DNA of 64,000 nucleotides, from the NCBI GenBank assembly GCA_963662275.1, contig OY759316.1:4096001-4160000 (forward strand). The letters are read 5' to 3'. This document shows, in pieces, positions 58,848 through 64,000 of the stretch. This stretch comes from Candidatus Cloacimonadales bacterium (GTDB taxonomy: Bacteria; Cloacimonadota; Cloacimonadia; Cloacimonadales; DAONDQ01). The translations under genes were made by a program, and so were the position numbers. Every line of letters starts with the position of its first letter. Positions within the stretch are counted from its first letter, which is position 1. The notes below the pieces were generated by a model. That model did not search any database. It was not told the DNA's origin and saw only the letters and a list, made by a program, of their open reading frames with translations.

Positions 58848-59462
58848 TGCTGGGATAGACATGTATGTCTATCATCTGTTTGAAATTAGCATTAAGAAAG
58901 ACACATGTACTACAACCGCGTAAATGCGGAGCTACTAATCAGCAGGATCGGCATTCTGCTCTACGTTCAGAACTTTTCGATCTAGCGGGTAAAAGATAGA
59001 ACATTCTCACTTTATTTCACATGCAATATTTATTCATTTTTTTGAAAATCTTTGCCAGAAAGTTAAATATGTAGAGCAGGATGCCGATCCTGCTGAAAGA
59101 AATCTCGTGCGTGGAGTAAGATTCCGATCTTACTGAATATTCAGCTTATGTTTACTTCAGTTTGTTTGTAGGGATAAACCCACGTGTTTATCCTCTTGCA
59201 TAAAACATATGATTACAATTCAAATTGATACCTGAGTAGAGGATAGACACATGAGTATACATGTATTGCGTGTTCAGTAGGATCGGAATCCTACTCCACG
59301 TTTTAGATTCAGCAGGAACGGCGTCCTACACTACAAGACAAAGGGTCAGCAGAAGCTGACCCGTATAATGATATTCTTTCAGCAAGAACGGCGTCTTGCT
59401 CAATACGAGATACCCACTGAAGTGGTTGCTACATATTCAGCAAGAACGGCGTCTTGCTTTAC
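58848..59462. repeat. Dense REP-like cluster (about 10 palindromes, both orientations)
   Basis: gtagagcaggatgccgatcctgctgaa (59071), gtggagtaagattccgatcttactgaa (59111), gtagggataaacccacgtgtttatcct (59168), inverted copies at ~59273, 59308, 59378, 59436. Confidence 0.85.
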
Positions 59463-59467
59463 AGATA

Positions 59468-60598
59468 TTATTCTTCAATTACTTCGACATTCGCACGTGG
59501 AATGGTGATGGTTGTACCATCTTCCAATTTAGCTTCCAGGACACGCACTTTTGTTTCGCTTTCCACAACGGTAAGTAATTCCGGCAATCCTGTCACCCTG
59601 CCAATCTTTCCAAAGCCAGGCTGACGAATCACACGGATGAGAGTTCCAATATCCAAGGTTGGCATAGCTGCCTCTTTCACGATTAATTCACTTTCATCGA
59701 AGGGCAGAGGTATGATTAGTTCAGGTCGCATAACACCTGCACGAATCTGTGTTTTGCCGTGAATAGATGCGTTACTGCCATCGAATTTCTTCAGCAGGTC
59801 ATACGTTTTCTTTGCCATATTGATTGGTCCAAAACCTTCTGTTACCAGGATAGTGATCCCAAGGTTTTCATGACCGGTAATTGCCACACCGATATCATAA
59901 CCCAGCAGCTTCTTGAGTTCCTGGTCATCAATACCACCTGTGATGATCGCATTCACACCTACTTGTCGTGCTTTCTGTATCACATCATAACTGCACATCT
60001 TACCGGACACGATGATTTGTCCTTTATTAGAGTCATTTAACATATCCACGGTAATTTCAGTTTCAGGAGATTTTGCTAACACATTAATAACACCTAAAGT
60101 CTCGCCCCCAATCCCAAAGATACCTTGGATATAGGCTGATTTGTTCTCAACCTCAACCCCTTCTTTCTCAATCACTTTTGTAATGATGCCATCAATGAAG
60201 GCTTTGATCTGAACCGGAATCCGAGGTTCACGAAGCAGGATTTGACCTGTTAGTTTCGAAATGCTTTCCACTTCTCCATCAATTGGAGATTTCACAGAAT
60301 TCTTCATGAAGCCCATACCGAAAAGACCTTTATTTTCTGCCAATATCTGGTTCTTTGTAATTTGCTGACCTGGTGCCACTTTAATAAATTGATTAATCAT
60401 GGCAGGAGTCACACCAAGTTTATTTGCCAAATTCAAGGGCAAAACCTTCCCTGGTAGCGAAGTTTCAGCAACAAGGTCTTCTGCCTTGACCTTATCCCCT
60501 TTTTTTACGAGAACAGTGCCTTTGAGAGGCAGGATGCGTTCCTTACGAAGGACTATGTTATCGGTTACACTTAAACCGGGAGAATATGCTTGTGCCAT
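59468..60598 (-). CDS. Conserved hypothetical protein, partner of the GlmL-like ATPase
   Basis: GGAGG RBS; VKKGDKVKAEDLVA and VKSPIDGEVESI hybrid-type motifs; KOW-like C-terminus (VRVIRQPGFGKIGRV). Confidence 0.75.
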   Translation of the reverse strand: MAQAYSPGLSVTDNIVLRKERILPLKGTVLVKKGDKVKAEDLVAETSLPGKVLPLNLANKLGVTPAMINQFIKVAPGQQITKNQILAENKGLFGMGFMKNSVKSPIDGEVESISKLTGQILLREPRIPVQIKAFIDGIITKVIEKEGVEVENKSAYIQGIFGIGGETLGVINVLAKSPETEITVDMLNDSNKGQIIVSGKMCSYDVIQKARQVGVNAIITGGIDDQELKKLLGYDIGVAITGHENLGITILVTEGFGPINMAKKTYDLLKKFDGSNASIHGKTQIRAGVMRPELIIPLPFDESELIVKEAAMPTLDIGTLIRVIRQPGFGKIGRVTGLPELLTVVESETKVRVLEAKLEDGTTITIPRANVEVIEE

Positions 60599-60607
60599 TT
60601 CTGCCTC

Positions 60608-62470
60608 CTATGAAATAATTTGATCAGGATACGCTTTCAATTCTCGCATCCATTTTTTTAGCAAAGGAACACGTTCCGCTGCTTCTGTAGGCAACACAAA
60701 CGGTTTACGTCCACGAGTATCGAGAACGATACCAACCACACCACCATGTAAGACTGTCTCCAAGACTTTGTCTTTACCGGCACCGACATCTAATCCGCTG
60801 CCTGGCTTTAAGACTGCTTTGGCAGTCTGATCCAATCCACATGGAAGTAAACGAATTTCACCGAACTTGATATCTTCTTCAAATATTTTACCATCAGGAA
60901 GTTCAATACGAGCAGATAGAGCAACTTTATCGGGTTTAATCTTTCCAACAGGAGCTACACAAGAACCCAAATAAATAAGGCAATCCTTGTGGAACACTTC
61001 CGTGGCTGCTTTCTTACTAATCTCAGCTAGTACACCCAAGTGAGGCATCATAAAAATGGAATCCACCGCCAGCCTGGTCACACCTTCAGGTAGGAAGGCA
61101 TCAATCATCATCATGACACTCTGATGTCTACGAGGTGCATGGGAAAGAACACCACCGCTGCCAACTAAAAGCGCCAGGGACATCATATCGACGATAGTAT
61201 CACCTGATGTCGATTGGCTGAAGGCTTCAGAAATTTCACGTGTTTTTTGTGTTCCCTTCAAAGAAACGGCAAATGACTTATGTTGAATGAAAGCCAGGCG
61301 TAAAGCCTCTTTCGCAATTGCCTGTTCCAAGACTAATTCTTCAAGTAAATTAGGAATCGTAGTCGGACGTATCATTTTATTCTTGATCATATTCCGTAAT
61401 TCAGACTGGTCAATATCGAAAGGTACCCAGCGCAATATATTAGCAAGTCCCGTTGAAGCAAGGACGTTGGAAATACTATAACTCATACCAAGATTAGCAC
61501 TCACTGTTCTGTTAAAGACAAAGTCTTTGGTAAATACTGAAAAAACGTCAGTCGTTGCACCACCGATATCCACACCCAATACTTCAATTTGTTCTTCTTG
61601 AGCAATGGTTTTCATGATATTACCCACTGCACCGGGTGTAGGCATGATTGGGACATTGACACCATCAGGACCCACAGTCCATTCCATTAATTTATTGTAG
61701 CCGGGAGCTTGTGCCATCACATGTTCCATGAAAAGATCATGAATTTTATCACGAGCTGGTCCCAGGTTCTCCGCGTCCAATGTGGGTCGGATATTTTCTG
61801 TTATTATTAAATCTACACTGTCACCAAGAATGGATTTGATTTCTTCCCTGGCCTCTTTGTTTCCGGCATATATAACAGGAAGCTTATAGCTTGAACCCAA
61901 ACGGGGACGAGGATCTGCTGCACGTACCAATTCAGCCATTTCGAGAACATGCTTGGTTGTACCACCGTCAACTCCACCAGCCATTAATATCATATCCGGA
62001 CGAAGATGCCGGATTCTTTCAATTTTTTCATGATCTAATCTCTTGTCATTACTGGCAATCAAATCCATGACAATTGCACCTGCACCTAAAGCTGCACGTT
62101 CAGCACTTTCACCCGTCATCTTAGCGACAACACCGGTAACCATCATCTGTAATCCGCCACCTGCAGAACTTGTGGAGACATAAGCATCTGCCCCTTCGTC
62201 GCCATTCCTCGGTATGATCAGATGATCCTTATCGATTAATCTGATCTTAGGATTGTTGTACTTCAATCGAGCTATTTCTTCCAGCTCCTGCACAGCATTC
62301 AGAACTCCCCTGGTCACATCGTTCAAAGGAGCTTCCACTGTTGTAGGTGCTTCTCCACGAACTGTCTGGCGATATTCTCCATCAATGTACTCTATCAGGA
62401 TCGCCTTCGTGGTTGTACTGCCACAGTCTGTGGCAATAATCTTCGTTAGACGGCTATGATCATACTGCAT
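60608..62470 (-). CDS. Glutamate mutase L (GlmL/MutL)-like ASKHA ATPase
   Basis: ATDCGSTTTKA, APTTVE, SSAGGGL, LMAGGVDGG, PTPGAV, VDIGGATTDVFS. Confidence 0.8.
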   Translation of the reverse strand: MQYDHSRLTKIIATDCGSTTTKAILIEYIDGEYRQTVRGEAPTTVEAPLNDVTRGVLNAVQELEEIARLKYNNPKIRLIDKDHLIIPRNGDEGADAYVSTSSAGGGLQMMVTGVVAKMTGESAERAALGAGAIVMDLIASNDKRLDHEKIERIRHLRPDMILMAGGVDGGTTKHVLEMAELVRAADPRPRLGSSYKLPVIYAGNKEAREEIKSILGDSVDLIITENIRPTLDAENLGPARDKIHDLFMEHVMAQAPGYNKLMEWTVGPDGVNVPIMPTPGAVGNIMKTIAQEEQIEVLGVDIGGATTDVFSVFTKDFVFNRTVSANLGMSYSISNVLASTGLANILRWVPFDIDQSELRNMIKNKMIRPTTIPNLLEELVLEQAIAKEALRLAFIQHKSFAVSLKGTQKTREISEAFSQSTSGDTIVDMMSLALLVGSGGVLSHAPRRHQSVMMMIDAFLPEGVTRLAVDSIFMMPHLGVLAEISKKAATEVFHKDCLIYLGSCVAPVGKIKPDKVALSARIELPDGKIFEEDIKFGEIRLLPCGLDQTAKAVLKPGSGLDVGAGKDKVLETVLHGGVVGIVLDTRGRKPFVLPTEAAERVPLLKKWMRELKAYPDQIIS

Positions 62471-62483
62471 ACCGTTCCTCCGT

Positions 62484-62855
62484 TTATTTATGAATCATTT
62501 TGTTAAACCATTGTCTTATCATATTTCTTCTTCTCTTTCTCAAAATAGCTGTCTGTTTTCGTTGTTCACGATGCATTTCTTCATCCAATTCATCGATACG
62601 TTTCACAAGCATATTCACATATTCATCATTATCCAGCATCGCTGCAAATTCCTGGTATGCTTTGCTGTCGAAAAGTATTTCTGCTATCGGAAGCACAAAA
62701 TACATTAACTGACTACTGATAGAATGCAAAGGTCTTAAAGATTCAATCGTCATAATTGCTGCGGGAGCCATATGTCGTTCCACTATGAATTTTGACATTT
62801 TTTCTATCAGCTCTCCAGCTTTCTGAGGAGAAATCTCGACTATCAAATCCTTCAT
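62484..62855 (-). CDS. Conserved hypothetical protein
   Basis: ATG overlaps the comF stop; APAAIMTIESLRPL. Confidence 0.7.
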   Translation of the reverse strand: MKDLIVEISPQKAGELIEKMSKFIVERHMAPAAIMTIESLRPLHSISSQLMYFVLPIAEILFDSKAYQEFAAMLDNDEYVNMLVKRIDELDEEMHREQRKQTAILRKRRRNMIRQWFNKMIHK

Positions 62856-63577
62856 GCTCTTCCTATCGTCAAAACGTAGATTTTACCTGGATGTGCTTTT
62901 TTAAGCTCTCGACAAGCTGCCTGAACTGTTGCTCCAGTTGTGAACACATCATCAAGCAACAGAATATTTTGCTGTTTTAAGTCAACCAATTTCTTAATGC
63001 TAAAAGCTTGTTCCACATTCTTACGCCTTTTTGCCTTTATTAAATTTGCCTGTGGAACGGTAGCCTTTTTTCTGAATAGAATATCTGTTCTGAAACACCA
63101 CTTCATCTTCCCCGCAATATGTTGGGCAATTAAACTAGATTGATTATAGCCTCGTTGTCTTTTTCTAACTGAATGCAGAGGTATCGCTGTAATGATATTC
63201 GAATCCATGAATATCTTATTTCTTTCTAAGAATAACAAAGCTTTTTCACTTAGATATCCTGCAATACCTGGCATATCTCCAAATTTCAAATAATGAATTA
63301 AGGTTCGTATTGGTCCTTTATATTCATAAATCGAAACTGCCCGATCGAATAGTATTTCATTTTCCTGACAATAAAAGCAAATTTGATCCTGTATGGGAAA
63401 ACCACATACAGGACACTGGATATTGGTCAACAAATGCAAATCAGCTTCACATTCTGAACAGAGATACTCAGTCTGTCTTACAATCCTTCTGTTGCAGTGC
63501 AGACATACAGGAGGAAAGATCAAATCAAAGACTGCACTCAAAAAAATGTGTAAGAGACTGAAAAATCCCTTTTCCAT
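62852..63577 (-). CDS. comF: ComF-family phosphoribosyltransferase-like protein
   Basis: [40 protein letters not shown]; start uncertain, overlaps the purQ end. Confidence 0.88.
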   Translation of the reverse strand: MEKGFFSLLHIFLSAVFDLIFPPVCLHCNRRIVRQTEYLCSECEADLHLLTNIQCPVCGFPIQDQICFYCQENEILFDRAVSIYEYKGPIRTLIHYLKFGDMPGIAGYLSEKALLFLERNKIFMDSNIITAIPLHSVRKRQRGYNQSSLIAQHIAGKMKWCFRTDILFRKKATVPQANLIKAKRRKNVEQAFSIKKLVDLKQQNILLLDDVFTTGATVQAACRELKKAHPGKIYVLTIGRA

Positions 63578-64000
63578 CTTGGCTGACCAGAATATCTTCA
63601 GCCGCACGTTCCGGGTGTGGCATCATACCGAGTATATTTCTCTTTTGATTACAAATCCCTGCTATATTCGAAATTGAACCATTAGGATTTGAATCCTCCG
63701 TAATCTTACCTGATTTATCACAGTAACGGAAAATGATTCTTCCATTATCTTCTAATTCCTTCAGACCATCAGGTTCTATGAAATAATTTCCTTCCTTATG
63801 AGCAATGGGAATATCCAGGATTTTCCCCAACTCAATCCGATTGGTAAAGGCAGTGTCTGTATCTTCAACAGAAATAAACTGATGTTGACAAATAAATTGA
63901 AGAGACCTATTCACCAACAATGCCCCTGGCAGTAAACCGCTTTCCGTTAAAATCTGAAAACCATTGCATATCCCCAGTACTAATCCGCCACTATTTGCAA
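63525..64000 (-). CDS. purQ: Phosphoribosylformylglycinamidine synthase subunit PurQ (5' part outside the window)
   Basis: [33 protein letters not shown]. Confidence 0.93.
   Translation of the reverse strand, partial: ANSGGLVLGICNGFQILTESGLLPGALLVNRSLQFICQHQFISVEDTDTAFTNRIELGKILDIPIAHKEGNYFIEPDGLKELEDNGRIIFRYCDKSGKITEDSNPNGSISNIAGICNQKRNILGMMPHPERAAEDILVSQDGKGIFQSLTHFFECSL

Noticed and set aside
58848..59462. CRISPR array
   Set aside because: Repeats occur in both orientations with irregular spacing and variable sequence; no cas genes. The pattern fits REPs.
1073..63677. Numerous 60-160 aa ORFs antisense to or nested in long genes
   Set aside because: Shadow ORFs of well-supported CDSs with no independent evidence.

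Overview
AT-rich bacterial chromosome segment, probably from a Cloacimonadota/FCB-group anaerobe (inferred from the many secreted proteins with FlgD/T9SS-type C-terminal domains (CTDs), PorV and BamD). Left to right: a cobalamin-riboswitch-controlled B12 uptake locus (btuF-btuC ... btuD-btuB-beta-propeller) split by an opposite-strand iscR-iscS-iscU operon; a housekeeping run (nadD, bamD, M18 aminopeptidase, greA); an operon with an apparently inactive M6 protease-like protein, PorV and an S8 protease; efp plus a small Cys-rich basic protein (bL38-like candidate); a decayed R-M/defence island; a tandem deoxynucleoside kinase; metabolic genes; rnhC; a complete IS with an 8-bp target-site duplication (TSD); two polysaccharide genes; a GIY-YIG pseudogene; htpG with a CIRCE operator; a ~16 kb accessory region with a ~1 kb duplication, an orphan CTD and four CTD-bearing cargo genes; a GlmL-like ATPase cluster; comF and partial purQ. 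Intergenic DNA is dense with REP-like palindromes, heptamer tandem repeats and 11-nt periodic hairpins, some inserted in frame in genes. No tRNA, rRNA, CRISPR array or reverse transcriptase was recognised. Family assignments come from motif recognition by eye, not from database searches.
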